From Fistulifera solaris (lineage: Eukaryota): a stretch of 64,000 nt of DNA. Position numbers and translations under genes: made by a program. Below, in pieces: positions 63,282 to 64,000 of the stretch. The DNA is taken from assembly GCA_030295235.1 (NCBI GenBank), contig AP026125.1, positions 1,302,001 to 1,366,000 on the forward strand. Direction: 5' to 3'. Positions within the stretch are counted from its first letter, which is position 1. Each line of letters opens with the position of its first letter. The notes below the pieces were generated by a model that made no database searches, was not told where the DNA came from, and saw only the letters and a program-made list of their open reading frames with translations.

Positions 63282-64000
63282 TCTTCTTCACCTCTATCGT
63301 CGTTGGTAAATACGGGCTCTGTAAAAGCAGTATTCGAAACCGCACGAGGGGCGACACAAAGAACGGAAAGTCACAATGTGTGAGAGGCACTATTAATTCT
63401 GGCAGTATTTTACAGGCTTCAAAGCAAAAACGCAAAGGATTTCATTTTACTTCATATTTGACCGTTGTTTTTGAAAAGAACAGGTTCTGGAAGTGACAGG
63501 ACTGCGTACTAAATATTCGTAGCTCGCTACGTGCTCAGAATCCAGGAACATGGAACTGGAGCCGTTTCTTTGCATCGACAAAAACTCCCGCCATTGTTCA
63601 TTCGTAGCGTTTGCAGCCGCGAAACACGGCACCTTGGTTCTTTTTAAGTTACATAATTTGAAAAGCAAAACAGCATAGAGCCTTACCTGATGCAGAAGTT
63701 TCATATAAGTCGAGTTCAATTTTAATGGATGCGGAACAGGGTAAAAAATTGCACTTCTCGTCGTCTCCTTGCGTGGAGGGGTTTGATCGCCGTTCGTCTG
63801 ACATCGCTCGAGGTGGCGGAAAATGGGTCCCACAAAAGTACTCGCACCTCTACAGCTGTCGGCATAGTCATGAATTCCTTCGTCGGTCTTGGTTCGTCTT
63901 CTCCTCCAACCGGGACTGAAGTGGACGAATGACCGCGTGACTCTTTGAAAACGCATGACTGACAATCGGAAGACCGAGGTTGAAAAAGTCTCCCCGACCC

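Overview
Gene-dense eukaryotic nuclear DNA, most likely a pennate diatom. This is inferred from 60-90 nt GT-AG introns, bipartite plastid-targeting presequences, HSF and bZIP-PAS factors and a diatom-type 5S rRNA. About 28 protein genes are readable, among them HSF, malic enzyme, VPS23, a bZIP, GT25, two Nudix hydrolases, UBL-eL41, SF3B1, TANGO6/Rtp1, LarB, FKBP, RRN3, C2/U-box, DHFR, TOM22, bZIP-PAS, Serinc, PI4K-gamma, cpSRP54 and a MATH-ankyrin protein. The window also holds one solitary 5S rRNA gene, two hAT-type MITEs with 8-bp TSDs, a decayed ureide permease and a ~225-bp tandem array related to a dispersed hairpin repeat family. Many single-base frameshifts fall in homopolymers, even in essential genes, and look like assembly errors. 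The best candidate for an undescribed system is the bZIP gene at 14639-15756. Its 239-nt CT..AG intron has both junctions in 7-nt stem-loops with IRE1 cleavage geometry, suggesting a diatom HAC1/XBP1-type unconventional splicing switch. All protein calls come from motif recognition by eye; no searches were run.
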